From positions 1-57,945 of the forward strand of contig DAHO01000087.1 in assembly GCA_002498455.1 (NCBI GenBank): 57,945 nucleotides of DNA, given 5' to 3'. The stretch comes from Euryarchaeota archaeon UBA602. Its GTDB lineage: Archaea > Thermoplasmatota > Poseidoniia > Poseidoniales > Thalassarchaeaceae. This document shows, one piece after another, positions 9,394 through 19,572 of the stretch. The position numbers and the translations under genes are program-made. Numbering within the stretch: position 1 is the first letter of the stretch; the number at the start of each line of letters is the position of its first letter. The notes under the pieces were generated by a model, which worked only from the letters and a program-made list of their open reading frames with translations, did not search any database and was not told the DNA's origin.

Positions 9394-12249
9394 ATGGAAT
9401 ACAACCCCGCTGCAATCGAAGCCAAGTGGCAAGATGCATGGAATGATGCTGCGGTGTTCAACAGCGATGTTGATCTCAGTAAACCGAAGTTCTACTGCTT
9501 GGAGATGTTCCCATATCCAAGCGGAAAAATGCATATGGGTCATGTGAGGAATTACAGCATTGGAGATAGTATGGCCCGATTTCGCCGATTGGCGGGATTC
9601 AACGTACTGTATCCGATGGGGTATGACTCGTTTGGAATGCCCGCAGAAAATGCAGCCAAGAAAATTGGTGGGCACCCTCATGATGTCACGTGGTCGAATA
9701 TCGAAAGTATTCGCGGTGATTTGAAGAGAATGGGATTCTCCTATGATTGGAGAAGAGAACTCGCGACCAGTGATTCAACATACTACAAGTGGAACCAATG
9801 GGTTTTTCTCAAGTTCTATGAAATGGGCCTTGTAGAGAGGCGAACTGCACCTGTGAATTGGTGCGAACCGTGTGGTACTGTACTGGCGAATGAGCAGGTC
9901 AAGAACAATCGTTGCTGGCGATGTGCCGAAGAGGTTCGACAGAAAGACATGGCACAGTGGTTCCTGAAAATGACTACTTATGCAGATGAATTGCTTGATG
10001 ATCTTGAGAATATTGAGTTCCCAGAGAATGTAAAGGCCATGCAGCGCAATTGGATCGGCCGCTCTCATGGTGTTGACATTGATTTTCCTATTGTTGGTCA
10101 AAACGACGTCATTCGGGCCTTTACCACGAGGCCAGACACCATTTTTGGTGTGACCTTCGTGACACTTGCACCCGAACATCCGCTGTGCGAATCGTTGGTA
10201 TCTGGAACTGAATTTGAAGCCGGCTATCGTGAGTTGGCCGATGAATGCGCTAGAATGTCTGAGTTTGATCGGATCAATATGTTACGTGACAAAAAGGGTG
10301 TCTTCCTTGGCCGCTATGCGACCAATCCACTGACCGGTGAAAAGGTCCCGATTTATGCTGGAAATTTTGTGGTTGCATCGTACGGAACCGGGGCAGTAAT
10401 GGCTGTCCCAGGTCATGATCAGCGTGACTTTGATTTTGCAAAGAAATACGATATTCCCATCCGCCAGGTCTTGTCTGAAGAAGAGGGTAGGGAACCGAAG
10501 CAGACTGGGAGGGCTTTCGAAGGACTCGGATGGATGGTCAATTCAGGACGGGGAAACTTTGACGGGTTGTACGGTGATGATGCCAAGCAAGCCGTCATTC
10601 AGGCTCTTGAACGAGAAGGAAAGGGGAAAGGAACAGTTCAGTATCGACTCAAAGATTGGTTATTGAGTCGACAACGATTCTGGGGGACTCCGATTCCATT
10701 CATCCATTGTGATGACTGTGGCGTTGTTCCCGTACCTGCTGAAGATTTGCCAGTCGAGTTGCCACTTGATGTTGTCTTCACCGAGGGGCAATCAGGTAAT
10801 CCGTTGGCCTCGCATTCTGGATTCGTCAATACCATTTGTCCGCTTTGTGGAATTGAGGCAAAGCGAGAAACTGACACCATGGATACCTTCTATGATTCAT
10901 CATGGTACTTTTTGCGATTCACTGATGCAATGAATTCGGAAGCACCATTTGACAAAATCAATGCTGATTATTGGATGGATGGTGGTGTTGACCTGTATAT
11001 CGGTGGAATAGAGCACGCTGTCATGCATTTGTTGTATGCACGATTCTTCACCAAGGCATTGAGAGATGCAGGGCTAAATGAGGTGTCTGAACCCTTCTCT
11101 CGATTGGTTTGTCAAGGGATGGTCAACGCACCGACACCATACTGTTCATCATGTAACGTCGAGCTACATGTCGACCTCAAAGATACTCCATGCCCAACTT
11201 GTGGAGATGCATTGACATTTAGATCGGCGAAGATGAGTAAAAGTCTAGGCAACACAGTCAGTCCTGAATTGATGATCGAAAAGTACGGTGCCGATACTGT
11301 TCGCTTGTTCATTCTCTTTGGCGCGAACCCTGAGGCGGGAATGGATTGGTCTGATTCTGCAATCGAATCGAATTTCCGGCAAATGAGAGCCATTCATACA
11401 GCCTTGGTGCAAGGAATCGAGAATGACTCTGCGAGTGGTTTGATGGATGATTGGTTGCTGGCGCGGTCACGAAAGTCGCATCGTGACTGGAATAACCAAA
11501 TGTCGAACATCGGGCTTCGAGATGGTGTAATGATTAGTCATTTTGAGATGGTTTCGGATTGGCAATGGGCACAACGAAGAGGTGGGGTGAGCCATGAGGC
11601 TGCGCAAGCATATCTGCGAACGTGGATTCCAATGTTGTATCCAGCAACACCACACATTGCGGAAGAGATGTGGGAAACATTGGGTGAATCCACAATGCTT
11701 GCAAACACGGTCATCGACAAGGAATTCATACCGAACGAAAATGATACAATCATCTTGGCTCAAGAGGAATACCTGCGACGCGTAATCGATCGTGCGAGAG
11801 GTGTTCGTGAACTTGCTCAACGCCATACCGAAGGTGAGCTTTCATCAGTGATCATCCAAACGGCACAAGATTGGAAGGATGAACTTGCAAATAGGGCGAT
11901 TCGAATGCATCAAGAATCCTTTGATTTCAAGCAAGGAGGCAACAAATTCTTGCAAACCCAACCCTACTTCCGTGATGAAGAAACAAAGGGACAAGTCATG
12001 CAGTTTTGGAAAATGGTTGTGGTCGGACAAAAGAAACGGCGCGGACGGATATACACTTGGGGTGAACAAGAAAACAATCTGATTCAAAGTGGATTTGACG
12101 AAGTTGCATTCCTAACTGCAAATGCTGGATTTATCTCAGAAGCACTCGAGATTGGTACTGTTGAGGTCTATCGTGCAGGCGATGGAGAAGATGTTGCAGG
12201 CAAAGCTCGCTCAAGTTTGCCTCTAGAACCTGGAATCGCTTGGCGATAA
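9394..12249 (+). CDS. leuS: Leucine--tRNA ligase
   Basis: [14 protein letters not shown]1 editing FTTRPDT and [15 protein letters not shown], and KMSKS. Start is ATG 9394 or 9379. Confidence 0.97.
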   Translation: MEYNPAAIEAKWQDAWNDAAVFNSDVDLSKPKFYCLEMFPYPSGKMHMGHVRNYSIGDSMARFRRLAGFNVLYPMGYDSFGMPAENAAKKIGGHPHDVTWSNIESIRGDLKRMGFSYDWRRELATSDSTYYKWNQWVFLKFYEMGLVERRTAPVNWCEPCGTVLANEQVKNNRCWRCAEEVRQKDMAQWFLKMTTYADELLDDLENIEFPENVKAMQRNWIGRSHGVDIDFPIVGQNDVIRAFTTRPDTIFGVTFVTLAPEHPLCESLVSGTEFEAGYRELADECARMSEFDRINMLRDKKGVFLGRYATNPLTGEKVPIYAGNFVVASYGTGAVMAVPGHDQRDFDFAKKYDIPIRQVLSEEEGREPKQTGRAFEGLGWMVNSGRGNFDGLYGDDAKQAVIQALEREGKGKGTVQYRLKDWLLSRQRFWGTPIPFIHCDDCGVVPVPAEDLPVELPLDVVFTEGQSGNPLASHSGFVNTICPLCGIEAKRETDTMDTFYDSSWYFLRFTDAMNSEAPFDKINADYWMDGGVDLYIGGIEHAVMHLLYARFFTKALRDAGLNEVSEPFSRLVCQGMVNAPTPYCSSCNVELHVDLKDTPCPTCGDALTFRSAKMSKSLGNTVSPELMIEKYGADTVRLFILFGANPEAGMDWSDSAIESNFRQMRAIHTALVQGIENDSASGLMDDWLLARSRKSHRDWNNQMSNIGLRDGVMISHFEMVSDWQWAQRRGGVSHEAAQAYLRTWIPMLYPATPHIAEEMWETLGESTMLANTVIDKEFIPNENDTIILAQEEYLRRVIDRARGVRELAQRHTEGELSSVIIQTAQDWKDELANRAIRMHQESFDFKQGGNKFLQTQPYFRDEETKGQVMQFWKMVVVGQKKRRGRIYTWGEQENNLIQSGFDEVAFLTANAGFISEALEIGTVEVYRAGDGEDVAGKARSSLPLEPGIAWR

Positions 12250-12271
12250 GGAATGCCTCTGGTGTTAAACT

Positions 12272-12463
12272 ATGGATGACAATCTTCCGAATTTCCTGAG
12301 AATTCTGCTAGGAATTATTTGTTTCATTATTGGCTTCGGATTTGTTTACTATGGAATCCTGATATTTCCTGTTGAGAGTTGGTTTGGAGAATTACCAGGT
12401 GTGATTTTGCTAATAATTGGGGGAACTCTGTTTGTCGGTGGATTTCGTCTTTTCAAATCATGA
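12272..12463 (+). CDS. Small two-TM membrane protein
   Basis: 63-aa ORF filling the intergenic gap, with two hydrophobic segments. Confidence 0.6.
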   Translation: MDDNLPNFLRILLGIICFIIGFGFVYYGILIFPVESWFGELPGVILLIIGGTLFVGGFRLFKS

Positions 12464-12576
12464 ATCTATTTCTCTAAGCCATGCCTAAGGTGACCAGATT
12501 ATTGTTCAGGATTCAAACTATAGTAAGTCCAATCTGAACCACTGATTGATGAACCCCCTACTGCTGGAAGACAACA

Positions 12577-13683
12577 GTGAGTACCAAGAAGAATCCAAAC
12601 AAGGATTCCACATCCCCAAAATCCAGTAAAAAGGGTGGAAAGGGTTCACGCCAAGGCAAAACACGGCGAGGTGGAAACAAACGAAGAGGGGGGCAACAGG
12701 GCCCCGATCCGTTTGTTGAGGCTGCCATTCATCGAGCAAATTCTCGATTTGAACAGAATCCTCCGGCCATGGGCCTACCCGCAGAATTGTCTCCTGCACC
12801 CCAAAAAATCAAACTGAAGTGGAAGTTGACACCCGTTCCGAAACAAGTGGAGCGAGAAGTCCACGACATCGTGTGCCGTCCTGGAGAATTCGGCTTTCTT
12901 GATGATGACCGAGTCGATGAAATTGCGGATTTGTTGGGTAAACGACCCATTTCATTGGAACAGGCTTTGAGTTTACGAGCTGCATTGAATCAAGAAAAAG
13001 CAGTCTTTAGTCACGGAAGATTGCAACGAAGAGCGCAAGAAATGCTCCGCAAATACGAGGGAGGGGAAAGCGTGCTTTCACTATCTAAACGCTATGACTT
13101 CCCCCCGGTTAATTTGTTCAGAGCGATCCTATCCGCTCGCAATTGGTCGAAAAATCGTATCAAGGAAACACTTCGTGAACCGGAACGAAAGTTGAATGAA
13201 CGGGATTTGAAAGAATTCAGAAAGGCTGAAGCCGAAGATCGTGTGACTCATGTTAACCAATCAGAGACCCACCATGCTGCAGATTTGTTTGAGAAGGTTC
13301 TCTGTGACCATTTTGATGCGAATGGTGTTCGTTTTCGAACACAAACGGATTTGCTAAAGGAACAAGTTGAAGCCGAAGGTAGACCGGTTCGTACACCGGA
13401 TCTGTTGATGCTCGATCATGTTGAGATCAATGGAGTTCCTGTCGCTTGGATTGATGCGAAGCACTTCTATGGAGCAAATCTTTCGTTCCAGCGGAAAAAG
13501 ACACAGAAACAAGTCAACCGCTATGTCGAGGAATGGGGACATGGTGCCATCATTTACCGACATGGATTTTGTGATGGATTGAAACTGAAAGGAGCAATCT
13601 TGTTGGATGCCAGTCCGATTGATTTGACTGAACTAATCGAACATAATCAGCGTCTAAACGACGAAAGGCTCAGTGAAGATTGA
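12577..13683 (+). CDS. CDIN1/C15orf41-like (TPD domain) PD-(D/E)xK nuclease-fold protein
   Basis: LFEKVL...RTPDLL...INGVPVAWIDAKHFYG...QVNRYVEEWGHGAIIYRHGF resembles the TPD domain. Helical middle region and basic low-complexity N-terminus. Confidence 0.7.
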   Translation: MSTKKNPNKDSTSPKSSKKGGKGSRQGKTRRGGNKRRGGQQGPDPFVEAAIHRANSRFEQNPPAMGLPAELSPAPQKIKLKWKLTPVPKQVEREVHDIVCRPGEFGFLDDDRVDEIADLLGKRPISLEQALSLRAALNQEKAVFSHGRLQRRAQEMLRKYEGGESVLSLSKRYDFPPVNLFRAILSARNWSKNRIKETLREPERKLNERDLKEFRKAEAEDRVTHVNQSETHHAADLFEKVLCDHFDANGVRFRTQTDLLKEQVEAEGRPVRTPDLLMLDHVEINGVPVAWIDAKHFYGANLSFQRKKTQKQVNRYVEEWGHGAIIYRHGFCDGLKLKGAILLDASPIDLTELIEHNQRLNDERLSED

Positions 13684-14644
13684 GTGCATCTGATGCAACA
13701 AATGCAGCAGTTGCTCCTAAATTCCGCATTTGCAAATTCTCAACCACTTGTTGCTGCCAATCTGATGTCGAAGGGATTTCCTTCGGAACAATAACTGCAC
13801 TTTCACCTAACATACACAGACGAGACAGCAAGGAACCATCCGCATGTCCAGAACCGGCCAGAGCACTCCCAATCAAATGGAGTAAGTCGACTCGACCTGA
13901 ATCAACCAACAGACCTGAACGTTCGGCGAATTCGGCACTCTTGGCTAACAATTCGCTCCAACGGTTTCGATCCCATCGCCCCTCGCGTAGTCCGAAGAGG
14001 CTGTGTTCTCCTGCCGCACGAATGGCAAGTTTCCATTCACCGTCGTCGATGTAATTTGATGTATGTTGACTTGAGGTGGTTCGCCAAACAATGACAATTG
14101 GAATGGGTTCAAACCATGACAGAACGGCTCCAGGCCCACCTAATTCATCAGACAATTGGGGGCATCCCGGTTCAAGACGTAATTCGACGCCCCCCGCATG
14201 TATGGCGGCAACATCACCGAGCCCTCCAGACAAACGTCGTTCAACTCGGTGAGCGATATGAATGGCTCGGTTTCGAGCTAGTTCCTCTTCGATTTGCAGT
14301 GTTCTCTGAATCGCCAAACCGCAGGCAATGGCACCTGCGGCTGAAAGTCCGAAACCCTGTGATGGCGGAAGTTCGCAAGAATGGTGGATTGTCCAGTCAA
14401 AATCGTTGACTTTCGGTTCAAATGCAGTCAATTCTTCAAATACCAATCGATGCAAATGATTGCTCGGTGCATCGCCTTCGATTTGCAACTGTCCTGAGCC
14501 AGGCTTTGCACTGGCTTCAACAATGACACCTCGATCGAGGGACATTCCTGCGCCGCGACTACCCTGATGCAGTAAATTATCAGCCTCATCTTGGACACTG
14601 AATATCAGTGTCACGTGTCCGCCCACATGGGCCCTACCTTGCAT
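13670..14644 (-). CDS. Pantoate kinase (GHMP kinase, archaeal CoA biosynthesis)
   Basis: GHVTLIF, GSRGAG, GHMP loop PPSQGFGLSAAGA, GLGDVAA and CMLGES. Confidence 0.8.
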   Translation of the reverse strand: MQGRAHVGGHVTLIFSVQDEADNLLHQGSRGAGMSLDRGVIVEASAKPGSGQLQIEGDAPSNHLHRLVFEELTAFEPKVNDFDWTIHHSCELPPSQGFGLSAAGAIACGLAIQRTLQIEEELARNRAIHIAHRVERRLSGGLGDVAAIHAGGVELRLEPGCPQLSDELGGPGAVLSWFEPIPIVIVWRTTSSQHTSNYIDDGEWKLAIRAAGEHSLFGLREGRWDRNRWSELLAKSAEFAERSGLLVDSGRVDLLHLIGSALAGSGHADGSLLSRLCMLGESAVIVPKEIPSTSDWQQQVVENLQMRNLGATAAFVASDALNLH

Positions 14645-14672
14645 CACAAACCCTCAATCGGGGCGATGAAGT

Positions 14673-15563
14673 TCAGAGGTCCTCAGAGAGTTGCTCCAGG
14701 ATGTTACCAAACCGAGCAGAAAGCGACTTGCAAGCCATTGCAAACGCGGTTCTTGGTGTCATTGAACCATCGGTATCAAAGCTGAACAGGTATTCTCCTG
14801 GAACATCTTCTAGTGTAATCGCATCCGCAAAATCATCAATTCTTGCAGTACCATCACCAACATGATGCATTTCTTGGATGAGTGTCTCAACCTTGTGAAT
14901 ATCTTCAAGCTTCTTGTTCTTGAAATCGGACTTCGTGATTGACAAGTTTAGATCCCACAACGCCTTGGCCTTGGTTGGCTTCTCAAGAGTTGCAATCTTT
15001 CGAGACTTGAAACTGACACCGGATACCGGACTCCACTTGGTGTGTTCTGACCCCACACCGAGTACAGCATAGGCATAGAACTCAAGGTATTGGCCTGCAA
15101 ACAATTTGGTTATTGGAATGTCACGGTACAATTCAGGAATTTGCAACTTATCTTCACCTAGAACATTGAGATCTCCGGCGGTGACAATATGTCCCTCAGG
15201 TGTACCACGTGCGCTGCAGTGGTAGATAATCTGGCTCGCTGGAGTACCCCATTCTTCCCGAGGTAGTCCCTCGTTGCCTGGGTCGTCCTCTAAGAAGCAA
15301 AATTCGTCGTGGAACGTTGGGATTGGGACCATGGCCAATCGGTGTGCAATCACTTCGTCAGGTAGAGCACCAATGGATTCGTAAACTTCACCCGTTTGAC
15401 TATCAGTGATTGTTCCCAACTCAAATCGAACTCGATGAATGGCCATCTTTGGAACATTGCTCATCAAGGTCCTGCGCATGGCGTTTGCAAAGGCTCGATC
15501 TGTCTCCTTCAGGAGAAGTGATACATGGTTTTCGTTTTCTTCAAGAATTTCGATTTTGACCAT
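14673..15563 (-). CDS. rpoD: DNA-directed RNA polymerase subunit D (Rpo3)
   Basis: FANAMRRTLMSNVPKMAI, LPDEVIAHRLAMVP, HTKWSP and F-DTDGSM motifs; follows rps11. Confidence 0.95.
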   Translation of the reverse strand: MVKIEILEENENHVSLLLKETDRAFANAMRRTLMSNVPKMAIHRVRFELGTITDSQTGEVYESIGALPDEVIAHRLAMVPIPTFHDEFCFLEDDPGNEGLPREEWGTPASQIIYHCSARGTPEGHIVTAGDLNVLGEDKLQIPELYRDIPITKLFAGQYLEFYAYAVLGVGSEHTKWSPVSGVSFKSRKIATLEKPTKAKALWDLNLSITKSDFKNKKLEDIHKVETLIQEMHHVGDGTARIDDFADAITLEDVPGEYLFSFDTDGSMTPRTAFAMACKSLSARFGNILEQLSEDL

Positions 15564-15573
15564 TCAATTCACC

Positions 15574-15957
15574 TCATACACGTCGCCCACGGCGACCGCC
15601 TTTCTTCTTGGTACCATCATGGGGAATCGGAGTTACATCTTCGATTCGTGTGATAGTCATTCCTGCACGGGTCAGAGCACGAATTGCAGCCTGAGCTCCA
15701 GGTCCTGTGTTTGGAGATTTATTACCGCCAACACCACGATACTTGACAATCACTTGAGTGAATTCTTTCTCGCGTAGCATATCTGCAATTCTCTCTGCTG
15801 CTCGTGTCGCTGCGAATTGGCCACCAGCATCGCTGCCTTTCTTGGTGACCTGTCCACCGCTGACCTTAGCAACGGTCTCTGCACCGGTTAAATCGGTTGC
15901 AGTGAGTAGTACATTGTTGTACGAGCTGTAGATGTGTAGGACTGCTTTGTGTGCCAT
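15574..15957 (-). CDS. rps11: 30S ribosomal protein S11
   Basis: [27 protein letters not shown] and [11 protein letters not shown]...[11 protein letters not shown] overlaps the rps4 stop (TGATG). Confidence 0.97.
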   Translation of the reverse strand: MAHKAVLHIYSSYNNVLLTATDLTGAETVAKVSGGQVTKKGSDAGGQFAATRAAERIADMLREKEFTQVIVKYRGVGGNKSPNTGPGAQAAIRALTRAGMTITRIEDVTPIPHDGTKKKGGRRGRRV

Positions 15958-16628
15958 CAAGCATCGCCTCCTTCAACCACAGTGTCTTCAGCCTCTGGGG
16001 CGGATTCGACAGCCTCGGCAATGCCTGCTACAAATTCTTCAGTTGGAGAATCGTCATAATCACCTTCACCATATTCGGCAGCTGCACGTGTCTCGTCAAT
16101 TTCTACACGGATAGGGTGTCCTGCATCCGTCAGAGGTGAGGTGTGGTGGTAAGTGAGGATACTCTCATCATCCCGACTGATGATGTAACTGGGTACCGTC
16201 ATTTTTTGATCGCCTAGACCAATGTGACCGTGAACCACCAACTGTCGTGCCTGACGCATCGAAGATGCGAGTCCACGGTAGTATACTTGGCTCTGCAGAC
16301 GGCGACTCAGTACATGCTCTACAGTAATCTGTAGAATGTCGTCAAGAGATGCACCGTCTCCCAGTAGGCCTCTGCGATAAAGAGATTCAACCAAGTCATC
16401 CTTTTCTCGTGAAAAGTGTCCTTCCGATGTATCGACTCTACCGATCAATTTCATCGCGTTTTGTCTCCATCGACGCAACTTCGACTTGGCTTTCCAAATC
16501 TCCTTCATTCCGCCGACCTTCTTTAGGCCGAATTGCTCTTTCAGAGCATGTTCTTCTTCGATTCGCCCCTTTTTCCAAGGGTGAGTCGGAGTGTCATACT
16601 TGGGTCTTGCAAACTTTGGATGTCCCAT
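15957..16628 (-). CDS. rps4: 30S ribosomal protein S4
   Basis: MGHPK...YDTPTHPW and [28 protein letters not shown]; acidic C-terminal tail. Confidence 0.97.
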   Translation of the reverse strand: MGHPKFARPKYDTPTHPWKKGRIEEEHALKEQFGLKKVGGMKEIWKAKSKLRRWRQNAMKLIGRVDTSEGHFSREKDDLVESLYRRGLLGDGASLDDILQITVEHVLSRRLQSQVYYRGLASSMRQARQLVVHGHIGLGDQKMTVPSYIISRDDESILTYHHTSPLTDAGHPIRVEIDETRAAAEYGEGDYDDSPTEEFVAGIAEAVESAPEAEDTVVEGGDA

Positions 16629-16645
16629 TCATTTCACCTCCAATC

Positions 16646-17113
16646 TCACTTCTTCCTCTGCACACCGAGTGTGAGTCCTGATCGTCCGTTTGAGCGTGTG
16701 CGTTGGCCACGTACGCGCTTTCGAGCGGCGTGGCGAAGACCACGGTATGCTTTCGTCGCACGCAAGCGAGCAATATCATCATCTTGAGTCATGGATACAT
16801 CCATCGAGAACAAATGCAACTCGTCTCCGGTCTCAATGTCTCTTTGGCGGTTCAACATCCAAAGAGGAACTTCAGTTGGATACGATTCAATCGCATCACG
16901 GATTTTCTGTAGTTCTTCATCGTTCAAATGTCCACCTAACCTTTCCTTGTCCACGCCTGCGATTTCGCAGATGGCCATGGCAGTTCGTGCTCCGACTCCT
17001 TTCACGCTTGTCAATCCCATCCCAATTCGAGACAGGCCGTCTATGTCACTGTCAGCAAGTCGGATAATGTAGTTGAAATCATCTCCGAGTTCTGACTCAT
17101 CAATTTTTGCCAT
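16646..17113 (-). CDS. rps13: 30S ribosomal protein S13
   Basis: FNYIIRLADSDIDG, PLWMLNRQRDIETG and YRGLRH...VRGQRTRSNGR; GGAGG upstream. Confidence 0.97.
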   Translation of the reverse strand: MAKIDESELGDDFNYIIRLADSDIDGLSRIGMGLTSVKGVGARTAMAICEIAGVDKERLGGHLNDEELQKIRDAIESYPTEVPLWMLNRQRDIETGDELHLFSMDVSMTQDDDIARLRATKAYRGLRHAARKRVRGQRTRSNGRSGLTLGVQRKK

Positions 17114-17226
17114 TTTTGGGTCCTCCCCTATTCATCGGTCGCCCGATGGCCTCATGTGAAGCAACCTCGCGACTCACCACCCCTATATGAACGACTCGCA
17201 AATGAACAAATGCCCCTACGGGGCAC

Positions 17227-18489
17227 TCAATCCTGCTCTTTGCAAATAAGGTGGATTCCGTTAATCTCTGCGATAAATCCAGACTTTACAGGATTCTTCA
17301 AAGCTAAAATTCTCATTTCACGATCGATTTTTGATTGCAATTTTGGTTGTACGTCTGGATCCAATGTACACCGAAGTTTGAGGGAAGATACTCCCGCATC
17401 AGCCGCAATTTTAGCGTAGCTAGAGATGGATCCTTCATTCAGGTCCGGGACGATTGAAATAACCTCCCCCGAAGCCTGAATCATTGATTGAATCATGACA
17501 AAATTAGGGTTATCTGGTACGGATTGATATACGGTATTTTGGCCATCTCTAGGGTTGATACAGATTGGACGACGGCCAGATATTGTTGCCCATCGTGACT
17601 CATCTCCAGCCCACATTTTCTTCCAAGATTCACCCAACCCACTGGATATGACGCAAGGATCTACGATTGCAAGATGGTCTCCAATATTCAATTCGGCCGG
17701 TTGTGCAATTGAGACGGCCGGTGTTCCTTCAATCAGTTGAACCTCTCCAGACTTTGTCAATCGGATCAATCGACTTGGACCCAATCCGGCTGCAGCACCA
17801 ATCCAGAGTGACAATCGATCGATACGACCACGACCTTGTGTCAACCATTGCCATGTCATCGCTACATCACCCCATATCGATGAGACGATGTTTTCGATTT
17901 CTTGTCTCTGAGTGTCCAGCAAACGAGGAGAAACGTCGAGAATGACGGCGGGGTTTGTTCCCAAGTACGGAGCCCACGACTTGAGTAACTCATCAAGACG
18001 TGGTTGCATTTCCTCTAGAGTATGTTGCTGAGCATCATTGGGGCGTGCAGGATCAACGTGTAACAGAGCCACGCATGGGTGTTGCTCAATATGTTGATGA
18101 TAGGTTTCCAAAATCGATTGTGCAGCTGTGCCATCGCCCCAGAGAATACGACTCGATGCTGGCCAATCTTCCTCACTGGTTTTTCCACATCGCTCTAGGT
18201 TTACGGCGGCAAGTGGAGCGACTGCACCGGATAACTCCACTCCCAATCCGGGGCGACCCAATGTGCTACACAACGCCGCAAGTTGAGTTCCACTACCGCA
18301 AGCGGGGTCAAGAATGATTCCAGGAGGCAGATCACATGAGTGGAGCAAATTGGCTTTCGCAACTGCAACCGACCAGGGAGTGGCCAATCTTCGCATCTCT
18401 TCTGTCGCATGCAAAGCCGGAGACGTACCTTCTGTTCTTGCAGGTGCTGATGATTCAGCGTATGCACGAGCGTTTTCATCTGGCAACAT
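17227..18489 (-). CDS. SAM-dependent methyltransferase with THUMP-like C-terminal region
   Basis: Motif I ILDPACGSG, GVEL, GDG and motif IV-like HVDPARP. Start uncertain (ATG 18489 or TTG 18528). Confidence 0.7.
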   Translation of the reverse strand: MLPDENARAYAESSAPARTEGTSPALHATEEMRRLATPWSVAVAKANLLHSCDLPPGIILDPACGSGTQLAALCSTLGRPGLGVELSGAVAPLAAVNLERCGKTSEEDWPASSRILWGDGTAAQSILETYHQHIEQHPCVALLHVDPARPNDAQQHTLEEMQPRLDELLKSWAPYLGTNPAVILDVSPRLLDTQRQEIENIVSSIWGDVAMTWQWLTQGRGRIDRLSLWIGAAAGLGPSRLIRLTKSGEVQLIEGTPAVSIAQPAELNIGDHLAIVDPCVISSGLGESWKKMWAGDESRWATISGRRPICINPRDGQNTVYQSVPDNPNFVMIQSMIQASGEVISIVPDLNEGSISSYAKIAADAGVSSLKLRCTLDPDVQPKLQSKIDREMRILALKNPVKSGFIAEINGIHLICKEQD

Positions 18490-18530
18490 GACTACAGGTT
18501 GGATTGTAGTCACTGTAATCCCCCACAAAC

Positions 18531-19439
18531 TTACACTGGAGCCAACCGGGTCAGTGTCAATTCAAAGTGCAGCCATGAATGCTCGAGTTCATGCCCATCT
18601 TGGCCTCCGTAAGCCAAGTCCGGTGGGAGAATGAGATTGTGTGTTGTTCCTGATTCAAATTGAGGGTCAAAATCATTCACATCCAACCCAACGAGACCCC
18701 AGCCAAAACCTTCGATGTAACATACCCAAGGAATGGGCGAATCACATCGTGGATCTTCACCTGCATAGGCGCCTAAATCACCTTCATCCAATTGCTCTCC
18801 GGTATCTACGTCCCAGACCACGTAGTGTACTTCGAGGTGTTCGCTACGTGCATGACGATCTCGTTGAATCGTGTGCTGCTCAAGCTCAACATCCAATCCA
18901 ACACTGGCCGTAGGGAGTGCTGCATGGGAAACTTCGACCGTGAATGACAATGCGTCTACTTCAGATTCCAAACGCAGAGGAATCACAATTGCATCCCCTG
19001 CCTCAACCTCGACCAAATGGGATTGACCGTCACCGTCGATTGAGATGAAATCTGAATTAATTTCAATCGAGAGAGGTAGTGGATTTTCTTCATCGACATT
19101 GTGGATGGCTAGATGTGCATAATCTCCGACCCCTTGATGCAACCAACTGCATTGGAGTTCACCAGGGAACCAGAACAATTCATCCTGACTTGCGAGATTC
19201 GATGGCCAATTCCAATCTTCATTTCGAGAATCACAAGAATCTTCGCCACCTCCAAACAAAAGCGTGGCTTCCCATGTCCATCGTCCATCAACTTGAATTT
19301 CTTTTTCGTCAATCGCTGCGAAAGCATCCTCAAACTGTGAAAGGAATGTGTTGGCTGCCAAAGCAATCCATATTCCTGCGACTAACAGCATGAATATCGT
19401 GGCAAAACTGGCGATGATTGAGAGTCTAGGGACCGTCAT
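18531..19439 (-). CDS. Membrane-anchored protein with C-terminal FKBP-type PPIase-like domain
   Basis: N-terminal TM helix; C-terminal LEVHY...IEGFGWGLVGL...LILPPDLAYGG...LHFELTL is the FKBP pattern. Start is ATG 19439 or 19544. Confidence 0.65.
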   Translation of the reverse strand: MTVPRLSIIASFATIFMLLVAGIWIALAANTFLSQFEDAFAAIDEKEIQVDGRWTWEATLLFGGGEDSCDSRNEDWNWPSNLASQDELFWFPGELQCSWLHQGVGDYAHLAIHNVDEENPLPLSIEINSDFISIDGDGQSHLVEVEAGDAIVIPLRLESEVDALSFTVEVSHAALPTASVGLDVELEQHTIQRDRHARSEHLEVHYVVWDVDTGEQLDEGDLGAYAGEDPRCDSPIPWVCYIEGFGWGLVGLDVNDFDPQFESGTTHNLILPPDLAYGGQDGHELEHSWLHFELTLTRLAPV

Positions 19440-19572
19440 TTCATTCAAGCCGAGAGGAATAACCGGATGCTCCTCCGCCGCTGGTCGATCTGAGATCCAA
19501 GAGCCGCTCACGCCCAATGCACAGGAAGCGACCTGTTTGAACATTCTCCCGTCCCTCTAAGAGGGACGAATT

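Noticed and set aside
17114-17226. tRNA gene upstream of rps13, as in many archaea
   Set aside because: No cloverleaf is present; only a promoter-like TATA, short hairpins and the RBS.
19440-19549. Riboswitch upstream of the FKBP-like gene
   Set aside because: Only a weak hairpin with no recognisable aptamer motif; the stretch is also an open in-frame extension from ATG 19544.
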